Shown here: piece after piece, positions 19,029-30,203 of the stretch
Position numbering within the stretch: position 1 is the stretch's first letter
Layout: each line of letters starts with the position of its first letter
From: an uncultured delta proteobacterium
GTDB lineage: Bacteria > Desulfobacterota > RBG-13-43-22
Assembly: GCA_963843145.1 (NCBI GenBank)
Contig: CAWJJC010000028.1
Span: forward strand, 416,001 to 480,000
Length of the DNA stretch: 64,000 nucleotides
Direction of reading: 5' to 3'
Notes under the pieces: model-generated
Told to the model about the DNA's origin: nothing
Seen by the model: only the letters and a program-made list of their open reading frames with translations
The model's database searches: none
Position numbers and translations under genes: made by a program

Positions 19029-19883
19029 TTAACCGGACCCATAACTATGCAGGCCCGACAATATAAAATTAACCCCGAAATAAGTGAAAAGTACACAGGC
19101 AAAGCCGATAATGGAAAACCAGGCGATCCGTTTTCCGTACCAACCTTTCATCATTCGAGCATGCAATAACGTGGCATAGACCAGCCAGGTAATGAGCGAC
19201 CAGGTTTCTTTCGGGTCCCAGCTCCAGTAAGTCCCCCAGGCCGAATGGGCCCAGATGGCCCCGGTAGCGATCCCGACGGTGAGCAACAAAAACCCCACGA
19301 TCACCGTTTGATAAACCAAATCATCTAAAACCGACTGCTCCGGCAGAAAGCCTGTAGATTTTGCAGCGGAGGACTTTGCTTTTTCCGGTCTTTTGCCGCG
19401 GAGCAGGTACATGAAAGCCAATCCGCAGGAAACGGCAAAGGCGGCGTACCCTAAAAAACAGGTGATGACATGAGCGATCAGCCAGTTGCTCTTCAGGGCC
19501 GGCAGCAGGGGCTGGATCCGGGTATTCATATCCGGGGAAAAGGAGGCGTAGGCCATGGAAAGAAAGGCAAAGGGCAGGGTAAAGGCCCCAATGGTTTTCA
19601 GCCCGGTTTTGAACTCGATCCACAAGTAAATGAAGGCGATGGTCCAGGCAAAGAAAATAAGGGATTCGTAGAGATTGGAAAAAGGGGCGTGGCCGATCCC
19701 CAGTTGATAGGATTCAATCCAGCGCCAGATGATGGCCCAGGTTTGAAGAGCAAGAACAATCAGGGTGATCCAGGTGGCCAAACGGCCAAAAGCATCTCTC
19801 CGGAAAACCAGTAAGAGTAAATAGGCCAAGGCGGCGAATAAATAGCCGAAAGTGACGATACTCAGGATAAAAGAGCTGCTCAT
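19029..19883 (-). CDS. ccsA: System II cytochrome c biogenesis protein CcsA/ResC
   Basis: WWD motif WAHSAWGTYWSWDPKETW, NLYES, GLHSY. Confidence 0.95.
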   Translation of the reverse strand: MSSSFILSIVTFGYLFAALAYLLLLVFRRDAFGRLATWITLIVLALQTWAIIWRWIESYQLGIGHAPFSNLYESLIFFAWTIAFIYLWIEFKTGLKTIGAFTLPFAFLSMAYASFSPDMNTRIQPLLPALKSNWLIAHVITCFLGYAAFAVSCGLAFMYLLRGKRPEKAKSSAAKSTGFLPEQSVLDDLVYQTVIVGFLLLTVGIATGAIWAHSAWGTYWSWDPKETWSLITWLVYATLLHARMMKGWYGKRIAWFSIIGFACVLFTYFGVNFILSGLHSYGSG

Positions 19884-19885
19884 AG

Positions 19886-20106
19886 TAAATCCTCATGCCC
19901 GGAGCGGGCAACCACAAAGCATAAAAGACCTTTCATCATACTAAACCCCCATGCCCCGAGCGGGCGCCCTAAGGCATGAAAATAACAGGGCCGAGATAAC
20001 TCCTTAACCGCATGATATTAATAATCAATAATCAATTGTTCATTATCAATTGATTATTGATTATTGGCCTTTTTGCAGGTCATGGAGTCTATTTTCGTAT
20101 TAAACC
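19886..20106. repeat. MITE-like family-A element (short unit plus about 165-bp unit with an AATAATC heptamer palindrome)
   Basis: 19942-20106 is near-identical to 62785-62947; both bounded by TAAACC; core AATAATCAATAATCAATTG..CAATTGATTATTGATTATT. Confidence 0.9.
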
Positions 20107-20116
20107 ACAATAAACG

Positions 20117-21478
20117 CTATTCATTCCCCCAACGGTTGACCAGGCGTTCCAGATTGAGGATAAAACCGGCCCGATTCTTATGGGCCGTTCCCCCAAAATC
20201 CAGTTCCATCCGGGTTTTCCCTTTGGGGTCCGTTTTCTCCCGGATCCAGACCCAGACCTGCTGATGGGAAAAATAAAAGGCCGCGATGAAGCCCAAGAGC
20301 ATCAGGCAGGAGCCGATCCAGATAAACCAGATGCCGGGATCCTGGTTGACCTGCAGTCCGGTGACGTACCGGGTTTTCATTCCTTCCACTTTGATCCGGA
20401 AGTCGGCCAGTTGATTGCCGTGAAACTCGGGGTGTTCGGCCAGGATCCAGCTATGTTCCACTTCCCGGCCGTCTTTAAGCAGGACCAAACCCAAGGCCGG
20501 GCCAAAGTTCGAAAGGTCATTGACAAACCGTTCCAGGGAAAGACTGTACGGGGTGCCGGGAATCTCCGTGATCTGCCCTTGGGCCACGGTCACTTTCCGG
20601 ACCTGGTCACCCTGAGCCAACGAGAGGTCCACGGTCGAGGGCACCCGATCCCAGGTGGCCTGATAAAAGGTAATTCCCTGATAGGTGAAAGGATCATTAA
20701 CCCGGATGGATGCTTTTTGAACCTCCCGGCCCCCTTCAAGAATGGTCAAGTCCGAGCGGTATTCCTTGGGCATCCCGTTTTCATAGAAAGAGACCAGAAA
20801 ACGGTCGCAACGAACGGAAAAACCAAGTGCCCGAAGTCCGCCGGAGTTGCTAATGGTAATTTTGTCTTTCGTTTCCCCTTCCTTCAAATCCATAAAGCCT
20901 TTAAAACCCCAAAGGGATCCGGCGATGGCCCCGGCAAAGATCACCAGGATGCTGAAATGGACTAAATAAACGCCCAAACGGGAGTACCGTCCCTTCTCGG
21001 CGTAAAAAGCCAGGCCTGAAGGGGCCTCCAGGGTCTTTACCGTCTTGAATTTTTTCCCCAACAGGGCGTGCACCCGCTCCCGCGAAGTGTCCAGGTCAAT
21101 GGACAGGCGCATTTTTTTTCGAAAGGGCAGGGTGTCAAATAAGCCGTCACTAACGGGGCGGGGCGGCGCCTGGATGACCTTCCAGGTACTCGAGAAACGC
21201 TTGAGGGAGCAGACAATCAGGTTGACGGATAAGAGCAGCAAGAGCCACTGAAACCACCAGGAATGATACATGTCCTGGAGCTGGAAAAACGCGAACAGCC
21301 TGGCGGTTGTCGGTCCAGAGCGTTGGACAACCATTTCTAAAGGCTCGCCCTGGGGCAAAACGGTCCCGATGATGGACGTGGCGGCCAGGGTGATCAGGAT
21401 CACGATGGCCAGTTTGACCGAAGCAAAAAAATCAATAATTTGAGCAAAAAATCCTTTGGGAGTCCGGTTTCCGGCCAT
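20117..21478 (-). CDS. resB: System II cytochrome c biogenesis protein ResB/Ccs1
   Basis: FFASVKLA, IGTVLPQ, MYHSWWF, YLVHFS, VNDPF, TGLQVNQDPG. Confidence 0.93.
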   Translation of the reverse strand: MAGNRTPKGFFAQIIDFFASVKLAIVILITLAATSIIGTVLPQGEPLEMVVQRSGPTTARLFAFFQLQDMYHSWWFQWLLLLLSVNLIVCSLKRFSSTWKVIQAPPRPVSDGLFDTLPFRKKMRLSIDLDTSRERVHALLGKKFKTVKTLEAPSGLAFYAEKGRYSRLGVYLVHFSILVIFAGAIAGSLWGFKGFMDLKEGETKDKITISNSGGLRALGFSVRCDRFLVSFYENGMPKEYRSDLTILEGGREVQKASIRVNDPFTYQGITFYQATWDRVPSTVDLSLAQGDQVRKVTVAQGQITEIPGTPYSLSLERFVNDLSNFGPALGLVLLKDGREVEHSWILAEHPEFHGNQLADFRIKVEGMKTRYVTGLQVNQDPGIWFIWIGSCLMLLGFIAAFYFSHQQVWVWIREKTDPKGKTRMELDFGGTAHKNRAGFILNLERLVNRWGNE

Positions 21479-21619
21479 GATTGAATAGGGTACTCGTCGA
21501 TTCGTTTATTTGGCGCCCAAGCCATTAATGGGCAGGTAAGTTAAAATAATGCATCGGTTAAAAAAAACAACCCTTTCAACTAAGTTTCCAATTCGGGTCA
21601 ATCCCATTTATTCATTTGA

Positions 21620-23325
<1,706 letters not shown>

Positions 23326-23328
23326 GGT

Positions 23329-23547
23329 TTAACCCAACCGCTCACTTTTGAGCGTCTTCAGTCGATTCTGGATTTTCTGCACCAAGGCTTTAAGGTCGAG
23401 TTGCATACCGGACAAATCCTGATGGCGTTTATCCGCTACCCGTTGGATTTCTCCCAGCCAATATTGGACCACTTCCATTTCTTTTTTGGCCAATTCCTCC
23501 TGGATCCGCTGATTCATCTGGCGGATCACCGCAACGTCTAACGGCAT
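23329..23547 (-). CDS. Small helical hypothetical protein
   Basis: GGAGGG RBS, stop 3 nt before the queD start, coiled-coil-like sequence. Confidence 0.7.
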   Translation of the reverse strand: MPLDVAVIRQMNQRIQEELAKKEMEVVQYWLGEIQRVADKRHQDLSGMQLDLKALVQKIQNRLKTLKSERLG

Positions 23548-23709
23548 AGGGCCCCTCCCGGCAATAGATTTTAAATGGCCATTTAATACCTGTATGTTAA
23601 CGTTAGGGAGCGTTTCCTGTCAACCGGCCATTTAACCTCTCCCGTCGGAACGGTTCTAACTTAAAGGGTTGACAGAGGAAATAAGAAAGGTTAAGGTAAA
23701 AGGCTAATT

Positions 23710-25383
23710 ATGAATACTAAAATTTTAAAAACCGGGTTGATTTTTCTTTTGGGGCTTTGTTTTTTTTGTCCACTGACCGTTTTCGGGGCGGCTGAAACCG
23801 CTAAAGTGGCTCTTCTGCCCTTGACCATCAACGCCCCCGACCGCCTGGACTACCTGCGCCAGGGCCTTCAGGACATCATGGCCTCCCGGATATCCTGGGA
23901 GGGGAAAGTTCTGGTGCTGGATAAGACGCTGGTGCAGAAGGCCTTGACCCAAGTCCCGGGGTCAATCGATGAAACCCGGGCCCTGGAGATCGGTAAAAAT
24001 CTAGGGGCCGATTACGTGATTTTCGGGAGCCTGACCATGGCCGGCACCAGTGTAAGCATTGATCTGCGGGTGGCCGACTTGAACAAAAAACAGGCGGGAG
24101 ATAAATTTTTTACCCAGGCCAAGGGAGTGGACGAAGTCATCCCCCGAATAAACGACTTGATCGAAGACCTCAATGAAAAAGTCTTTAAGCGGCCCCGAAC
24201 CCCAGCGGCGGCCGTTAAAGGTCCGATTGAGCTGCGGTCGGCCGCCGCCGGGGAGAAAGCGCCCATTGCCCTAAAGGATTTCACCTTGAAACCCCTGTCC
24301 CCTAAGATCAACATGAATGCCGGCGGTTTCGATCTGGCCGGTATCTGGCGGAGCAGCCTACTGCCATACGCCATGCGGGATTTGGCTTTTGGCGATTTCG
24401 ACGGGGACGGCAATCTGGAAACGGTGGTCATCAGTCAGAAAGCCGTTTATATCTACCGCTTCAAAGATGAAAAGTTTGAGCTGCTCAAGGAAATCAAGGG
24501 GGGGCGGAATGACAACTATGTCGGCGTGGATGTGGCGGATATCAAAGGTGCCGGAAGGCCCCAGATTTTCGTCAGCAACTTCCGCGAAGACGGTGATCGG
24601 TCACTGGTGGTCTCCTGGGACCAGGGCAATTATGCGGTCATCGCCGAAAAAATACCCTACCTTTTCCGGGTTCATCGTCTGCCGGGACGGGGCCAGGTTT
24701 TGTTGGGGCAGCAGCGGTGGGGGGATTGGGCCTTGGGCGGACCCATCAAGGTCCTTTCCTGGAAAGATAACCGCTATACCCCCACGGAAACCTTGAAACT
24801 TCCCGAGGGAATAAACATTTACAATTTCACCGTGGCGGATTTAAACGGGGACGGTTCTCCAGAAACTATTTATTTGAATGATAAGAATCAATTGGTCATA
24901 CTGTCCGATAAAGGGAAAATGGAATTCACCAGCTCCGCCCATTACGGGGGCACCGTAAATATGATTACCTCCAAGCAATTTACCACCGTCGATGCAGTCA
25001 GTGGGACCATCATGAGTGATCGGGTCGGACGGACCTATTTGCCGGCTCGATTGGTGGTGGTCCCGGGCATGACTCCGGGTAAAATGGAGATTATCGTCAA
25101 TAAGAATAAAGATTCCCTTTGGAATGTTGTCGACCGCTTTGAGTCTTTTACCAGCGGGGTGATTTATTCACTCACTTGGGACGGGACGGAAGTCAAAGAA
25201 GGGTGGCGGACCATGACCATCAATGACTACGTGGCCACTTACGGGGTGGAAGACTTCAAGAACAACCGCCAAAGACAGTTGGTCGTGGGCGTCGTTCAAT
25301 CCCAGGGGTTTCTTTTATTGTCCAGCGGGCGCAGCCTGCTGTATTGCTATGATTTAGGGTTGTTTAAGCCCGATAAAAAATAA
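23710..25383 (+). CDS. Exported protein with TolB-N/CsgG-like N-domain and FG-GAP/VCBS repeats
   Basis: Signal peptide; GADYVIFGSL; repeats GDFDGDGNLE, ADIKGAGRPQ, ADLNGDGSPE. Confidence 0.85.
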   Translation: MNTKILKTGLIFLLGLCFFCPLTVFGAAETAKVALLPLTINAPDRLDYLRQGLQDIMASRISWEGKVLVLDKTLVQKALTQVPGSIDETRALEIGKNLGADYVIFGSLTMAGTSVSIDLRVADLNKKQAGDKFFTQAKGVDEVIPRINDLIEDLNEKVFKRPRTPAAAVKGPIELRSAAAGEKAPIALKDFTLKPLSPKINMNAGGFDLAGIWRSSLLPYAMRDLAFGDFDGDGNLETVVISQKAVYIYRFKDEKFELLKEIKGGRNDNYVGVDVADIKGAGRPQIFVSNFREDGDRSLVVSWDQGNYAVIAEKIPYLFRVHRLPGRGQVLLGQQRWGDWALGGPIKVLSWKDNRYTPTETLKLPEGINIYNFTVADLNGDGSPETIYLNDKNQLVILSDKGKMEFTSSAHYGGTVNMITSKQFTTVDAVSGTIMSDRVGRTYLPARLVVVPGMTPGKMEIIVNKNKDSLWNVVDRFESFTSGVIYSLTWDGTEVKEGWRTMTINDYVATYGVEDFKNNRQRQLVVGVVQSQGFLLLSSGRSLLYCYDLGLFKPDKK

Positions 25384-25387
25384 TTCC

Positions 25388-25464
25388 GGCGGTGTAGCTC
25401 AGGTGGTCAGAGCATGCGGCTCATATCCGCAGTGTCCGGGGTTCAAATCCCTGCACCGCCACCA
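25388..25464 (+). tRNA. tRNA-Met (CAT), elongator type
   Basis: GGCGGTG/CACCGCC acceptor stem with G1-C72, TGCGG-CTCATAT-CCGCA anticodon arm, GTTCAAATC, CCA end. Confidence 0.96.
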
Positions 25465-25665
25465 AATTTCAGAAAAGCCGATTTTTGGTTTGATCCCGGG
25501 AGCGGCTTCATCCCCGTTTTAAGAGACCTTGAAAATGCGGATATTTTTTTCTTGTTTTTATTATTACTTTTATTCCGGCGTCTGCCCGGATTAAGGGAGA
25601 CTGGAACCTCTTCTCCAGTAAAACCTGACCGGGACAGAGGCCGAAAGCGGCTGCCCCGGAAAAAA

Positions 25666-25692
25666 GCCCTGGGCCCCCTCAGGGCTTTTTTT
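25666..25692 (+). terminator. Intrinsic terminator at the end of a structured leader, 40 nt before the GNAT gene
   Basis: (AAAAAA)GCCCTG-ggccccct-CAGGGC-TTTTTTT. Confidence 0.8.
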
Positions 25693-25731
25693 ATTTGGCG
25701 AACAACTTTTTTACTTGATGGTGAGTAGGTT

Positions 25732-27360
25732 ATGCCTGTTAATGCTCCCTATACTAAAACCGGTCAGATCGCCAGGAAGTTTCAGCAGGCCGGTTTGGGA
25801 CTGAAAGAGATGCTGTCCTTAATCGAAATGACCTGGGAGGATAACCCCCAGGAATCTCCGCTGCTCCCTTCCAGTCAGGTCTTCGCGGATTTGGACCAAC
25901 TGATCCGTCACACCGCCCAAGGCAGCCGGATCAAACGTTTTCGGGCGGTTGACCGGAAGCATCCCTTTCAGGCCTTCGAGGTCTATACTCGGGAAGGGGA
26001 GATTTTGGGGTACCTGAATATGCTTTACTTCCGGAAACCGGTTCCCTGTTATTACCTGGTTTACGTGGAAATCGACCATCCTTTCCGGGGTCAGGGCCTG
26101 GGAGGTCGGATCATTGAAGCCTTCAAGGAGCTGGTGGAGAGCAAAGGCGCTCTGGGTTTACTCGACAACATCATCCCTCCCGATGACCCTACCTTTGATC
26201 TCTACACCAAGTTGGGCTGGAAACCCGTGGAGGCCTTTACCGGGACGATGGTGGGTCAACCCTCGGGACACTATCTGTTCTATCGTCCCGCTTCGATGAA
26301 GGTCAACAATCTGACCGAAAAACTGCCCAAGCTGCTTTTCAATCTCCAGAAGAAACGGCCGGTCATTGAGATGCGGGATAATGAGGAGATGGTTAAAAGG
26401 ACCATTCGGGAATTCAACCAGATCTACCTGGCGTTGGAAAAACTGTTTCAGGAGGAACTTCACCAAGGCCAGAGCACCCCCTTGATGCGATTTATGTTTA
26501 CCAAATTCACCACCCGATTTTTGCATTTTCGCCGAAGAATTCAGGACCTGCTGGGCTATACGGGGGGTGAGTCTCTGGAGCAAATTGCTTTTTCCGATTC
26601 GGTTAAAGGTTTGGTCATCCAGGCGTACAGTTTTAACTGGGAACCGGGCCTTAAGGTCAAGTCTTTTACCGAAGCATCTCTCTGGAACAGGCTCCCGGAA
26701 GAGATTCGAAAAAATCCTACCCGGGCCATCGAAGGACTTCCCTTGTACGGCCGGCCGTATTTGCGGGAATGGCTTAGAAAAACAGGCCGAAAGGAACCCC
26801 TGACCCTGACCATCGGCGATTTGCTGGACCTGGGTTTTGATCCCACCCGACTGCGGGAAATCGCCATCCAGGAAGAAGTTTTTATGTTGGAAAGAGTCAC
26901 GCCGTTGTTGTTCGCTGAAACTGAGGCTCGGGAGGCCGTCTTGAGAAAGGCGGGTCAGAAGGCCTTAAACTCCCGGATCCATGGTTCGCGTCTGCTGGTC
27001 AATCCCCCCCTGTTATGGATTAAGGAGCGGGGCAACGGCTATATTCTCAGAAAAAAGATTCCGGGTATCCACGGCGAAGAGGCCTTATCGCAACTCCGAA
27101 GTCAGGAAGCCCTAAAAGATCTGAGCCGGCAATTGCGAGTGGATAAAACCATTGAGCGGACCATCGGCGCGGTTCAGGACTTTTTAAAGTCCCACCTCCG
27201 GCTACCGGCCCTTTTGGCCCCGGCCGACTTAGCGGTTTTTGTTCCCTGGGATTTGCAGAGTAATCGACCGCTGGTCGCGATCGATGACCGGCTGCAGCCC
27301 TACCTGGAACAGGTCTGGCTGGCTGATTATAAAGAGACCGTGGTTCTTAAATTGGCTTGA
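25732..27360 (+). CDS. Large GNAT-family acetyltransferase-like protein with an uncharacterised C-terminal region
   Basis: Acetyl-CoA motif A YVEIDHPFRGQGLGGRII and LYTKLGWK; about 350 further residues unassigned. Confidence 0.8.
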   Translation: MPVNAPYTKTGQIARKFQQAGLGLKEMLSLIEMTWEDNPQESPLLPSSQVFADLDQLIRHTAQGSRIKRFRAVDRKHPFQAFEVYTREGEILGYLNMLYFRKPVPCYYLVYVEIDHPFRGQGLGGRIIEAFKELVESKGALGLLDNIIPPDDPTFDLYTKLGWKPVEAFTGTMVGQPSGHYLFYRPASMKVNNLTEKLPKLLFNLQKKRPVIEMRDNEEMVKRTIREFNQIYLALEKLFQEELHQGQSTPLMRFMFTKFTTRFLHFRRRIQDLLGYTGGESLEQIAFSDSVKGLVIQAYSFNWEPGLKVKSFTEASLWNRLPEEIRKNPTRAIEGLPLYGRPYLREWLRKTGRKEPLTLTIGDLLDLGFDPTRLREIAIQEEVFMLERVTPLLFAETEAREAVLRKAGQKALNSRIHGSRLLVNPPLLWIKERGNGYILRKKIPGIHGEEALSQLRSQEALKDLSRQLRVDKTIERTIGAVQDFLKSHLRLPALLAPADLAVFVPWDLQSNRPLVAIDDRLQPYLEQVWLADYKETVVLKLA

Positions 27361-27896
27361 CAGGCGAAGAGGGGTTCATTAATATAAAAAATTTAAAAAT
27401 TAAGCCGTTGCGGGAGAAGGCTGAGGGGTTGGGATCCGAGGGCCGGTGGTTCTGGGAACGTCTGATGGGCGAGGCCCTGGATCAGGCTCGGGAGGCTGCC
27501 CGGCAGGAGGAAGTCCCGATAGGCGCCATCCTGGTAGGTAACGGTGGTGAACGGCTGGCCGCCGCTTCCAATCATCCCCGGGGACTGGCGGACCCCACGG
27601 CCCACGCTGAAATAATCGTTTTGCGTCGAGCGGCCCGGGAACTTGATAATTACCGGCTTCCCGGGACCACTTTAGTCGTAACGGTCGAACCCTGCCTGAT
27701 GTGTGCCGGGGCCCTGATTCAGGCCCGGGTAGCCCGGATCGTTTTTGGGGCCTTTGATCCCAAAGCCGGAGCCTTGGGTTCTTTGTATGATCTATCCCGG
27801 GATCAGCGGTTAAATCATCGCCTGGAGGTAATCCCGGGAATCCGGGAAGCCGAGTGTCGTGAGCTGATTCAGGGCTTTTTTAAGACGCGAAGATAA
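27357..27896 (+). CDS. tadA: tRNA adenosine(34) deaminase
   Basis: EVPIGA, DPTAHAE, EPCLMC, DPKAGA, RLNH; true start may lie downstream. Confidence 0.93.
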   Translation: MTGEEGFINIKNLKIKPLREKAEGLGSEGRWFWERLMGEALDQAREAARQEEVPIGAILVGNGGERLAAASNHPRGLADPTAHAEIIVLRRAARELDNYRLPGTTLVVTVEPCLMCAGALIQARVARIVFGAFDPKAGALGSLYDLSRDQRLNHRLEVIPGIREAECRELIQGFFKTRR

Positions 27897-27901
27897 AAAC
27901 C

Positions 27902-27995
<94 letters not shown>

Positions 27996-28031
27996 AAATA
28001 GCCGAAAATGTTTTGTTAGCTTCAATTGAAC

Positions 28032-28125
28032 GGAGAGATGCCCGAGCTGGCTGAAGGGGCACGACTGGAAATCGTGTGTACGCCCAAAAGGTGTACCGAG
28101 GGTTCGAATCCCTCTCTCTCCGCCA
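28032..28125 (+). tRNA. tRNA-Ser (GGA)
   Basis: CACGA-CTGGAAA-TCGTG anticodon arm, long variable arm, GCCA end. Confidence 0.96.
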
Positions 28126-28149
28126 TTCATTTTTTCGGGGGCCCGCAAT

Positions 28150-28320
28150 TGCGAAGCATGAAAAAATATTGCTCCTGCATAGTCTTTCCTATCTACGAAA
28201 AGACAAATAATCAATAATCAATTCCTAATTAAAAATTGATTATTGATTATTGGGCTGATTGAGGTCTTCAATACTATTTTCGTTACCTTACACGTTACCC
28301 CTCACCCCTTACGCCTCACG
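28150..28320. repeat. Diverged family-A element followed by five CCTYACN-like heptamers
   Basis: GAAGCATGAAAA...AATAATCAATAATCAATT..AATTGATTATTGATTATT...CTATTTTCGT; then CCTTACA CGTTACC CCTCACC CCTTACG CCTCACG (28286-28320). Confidence 0.8.
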
Positions 28321-28328
28321 GATTGGTT

Positions 28329-30038
28329 ATGTCTTATCTGGTTTTAGCTCGGAAATTCCGCCCTCAAGTTTTCGAAGAGGTCATCGGACAGCCTCATGTA
28401 ACCCGGACGCTGCAGAATGCCCTCAAAACCGGCCGAGTGGCCCATGCGTATTTGTTCAGCGGACCCCGGGGGGTGGGCAAAACCTCGGTGGCCCGTATTC
28501 TAGCTAAAGCCTTGAACTGCCAGGAAGGGCCGGGCCCCAATCCCTGCAACCACTGCCCTTCCTGCCGGGAAATCACCCAGGGGGGCAACCTGGATGTTTT
28601 TGAAATTGATGGAGCCTCCAACCGGGGGATTGACGATATCCGGGAATTGCGAGAAAATATCCGTTACTTGCCGGCCCGGGGGCGCTATAAAATCTATATT
28701 GTCGATGAAGTGCACATGCTGACCAAGGAGGCCTTTAACGCGCTGCTAAAAACGCTGGAGGAACCTCCCGATCAGGCGATATTTATTTTCGCCACCACCG
28801 AACTCAACAATGTCCCGCTGACTATTTATTCCCGCTGTCAGTCTTTTCATTTCCGCCGTATTTCCCCGGAAGCCATGGTCAAGCATTTGGTCCGGCTGGT
28901 GGAGCAAGAGCAGATTGCCTATCGGGAAGAGGCCCTGCGCCTGATTGCCCGTCAGGCCGAGGGCAGCATCCGGGATTCGTTGAGCCTGCTGGATCAAATT
29001 CTTTCTTTCTCACCGGGGGAGATCAACGAGGCGATCATCCAGGAGATTCTGGGCCTGGTGGATCGGCGTCTGCTCCTGGACCTGGGCCAGGCTGTTCTCG
29101 GCGGGGATCTGAAAAAGATCATGGCCTTGGTGGGTGAAGTCTACGAATACGGCTATGACCTGAAAGTCTTTTTCAAGGACCTGGTGGACGTTTTTCGCAA
29201 TCTGCTTCTGGTCAAAATGGGGCAGGAACAGGGGCCGCTCTTGGATCTTTCCACCGGGGAAATCGGCGAGTTAAAGGACTTGAGCGCCCCGGTTTCTCTG
29301 GATTATCTTCAAGACGGCTTGCATTTTCTAATCCAGTCGGAGGGCGAATTGCGGAAAACCGGGCAGCCCCGTTTGGCCCTGGAGATGATTTTATTGCGTC
29401 TGGCCCGGCTGCGAGAAGTGATTCCCATCGATGCGCTGCTTCAGAAACTCGAGCAGTTGGAACAGGGAACTCGGGGAGGGGAATCACCGGTATTCAATTC
29501 CCCTGAGAGGCCGGCCGCCGATTCATCACTCAAAGAGGAACGACAGGAATATCGCCAACCCCAACGGAAGGACGCCGCCCAAAGGCCGCCCATTTTGGAG
29601 GCCCCGGTTTCCGCCCCGCCCGAGCCTGATCCGGGTCCCGGCCCCCGGGCCGGCGGAATAAACCCGGAACGTTTGCTGGAGCATATTCGCAGGGAAAATT
29701 TACCCTTGGCAACTTATTTAGCCCAGGGGAAACTTCGAATCCTTGAAGACCAGACCCTGGAATGGGACTTTGAGGACAATGCCTTTCATTTGGAATTGAT
29801 GGAAGGGAATGGAAACAAAAAGCGGCTGGAAGAAATATGTCAGGCCTTTTGCGGTAAGAAGGTCAGGATTCGCCTGCTGGGGCGGGCTAAAAACGCTCTC
29901 AAAGGCAAACAATCGACACCGGCCCAGCAGACCCAAAAAAAACGGAAGGTGATCAAGGAAACCCTGGAACAACCCCCGATCCGCGATATCCTGGATATAT
30001 TTCAAGCCGAAGTGATTGACGTCAAGATCCCCGAATGA
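28329..30038 (+). CDS. dnaX: DNA polymerase III subunit gamma/tau
   Basis: YLVLARKFRP, GPRGVGKT, EIDGASNRG, DEVHML, SRC. Confidence 0.98.
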   Translation: MSYLVLARKFRPQVFEEVIGQPHVTRTLQNALKTGRVAHAYLFSGPRGVGKTSVARILAKALNCQEGPGPNPCNHCPSCREITQGGNLDVFEIDGASNRGIDDIRELRENIRYLPARGRYKIYIVDEVHMLTKEAFNALLKTLEEPPDQAIFIFATTELNNVPLTIYSRCQSFHFRRISPEAMVKHLVRLVEQEQIAYREEALRLIARQAEGSIRDSLSLLDQILSFSPGEINEAIIQEILGLVDRRLLLDLGQAVLGGDLKKIMALVGEVYEYGYDLKVFFKDLVDVFRNLLLVKMGQEQGPLLDLSTGEIGELKDLSAPVSLDYLQDGLHFLIQSEGELRKTGQPRLALEMILLRLARLREVIPIDALLQKLEQLEQGTRGGESPVFNSPERPAADSSLKEERQEYRQPQRKDAAQRPPILEAPVSAPPEPDPGPGPRAGGINPERLLEHIRRENLPLATYLAQGKLRILEDQTLEWDFEDNAFHLELMEGNGNKKRLEEICQAFCGKKVRIRLLGRAKNALKGKQSTPAQQTQKKRKVIKETLEQPPIRDILDIFQAEVIDVKIPE

Positions 30039-30050
30039 TTGCCTACCAGT

Positions 30051-30203
30051 AAATCCGAAATACGAAGCACGAAATCCGAAACAAGCACGAAGGTCCAAAA
30101 TCCAAAGGATCAAAACAAAACCTTTTCTATTTTGAAATTTGATCATTTGAATTTGTTTCGGCCTGCGACGAGCTCAGCCGTGTCGATTTCGGATTTCGGA
30201 TTT
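30051..30203. repeat. AAATCCG-heptamer palindromic element overlapping the 3' end of the arsC fusion
   Basis: AAATCCG AAATACG AAGCACG AAATCCG AAACAA ... GATTTCGGATTTCGGATTT. Confidence 0.85.

Noticed and set aside
28126-28328. SRP RNA (ffs), often found before dnaX
   Set aside because: No CAGG-GNRA-AGCAG domain IV motif; the space is filled by repeats.
29930-29950. A8 run in dnaX as a gamma-subunit frameshift or slippage site
   Set aside because: It lies about 30 codons from the stop, far past the usual gamma/tau boundary, and simply encodes Gln-Lys-Lys.
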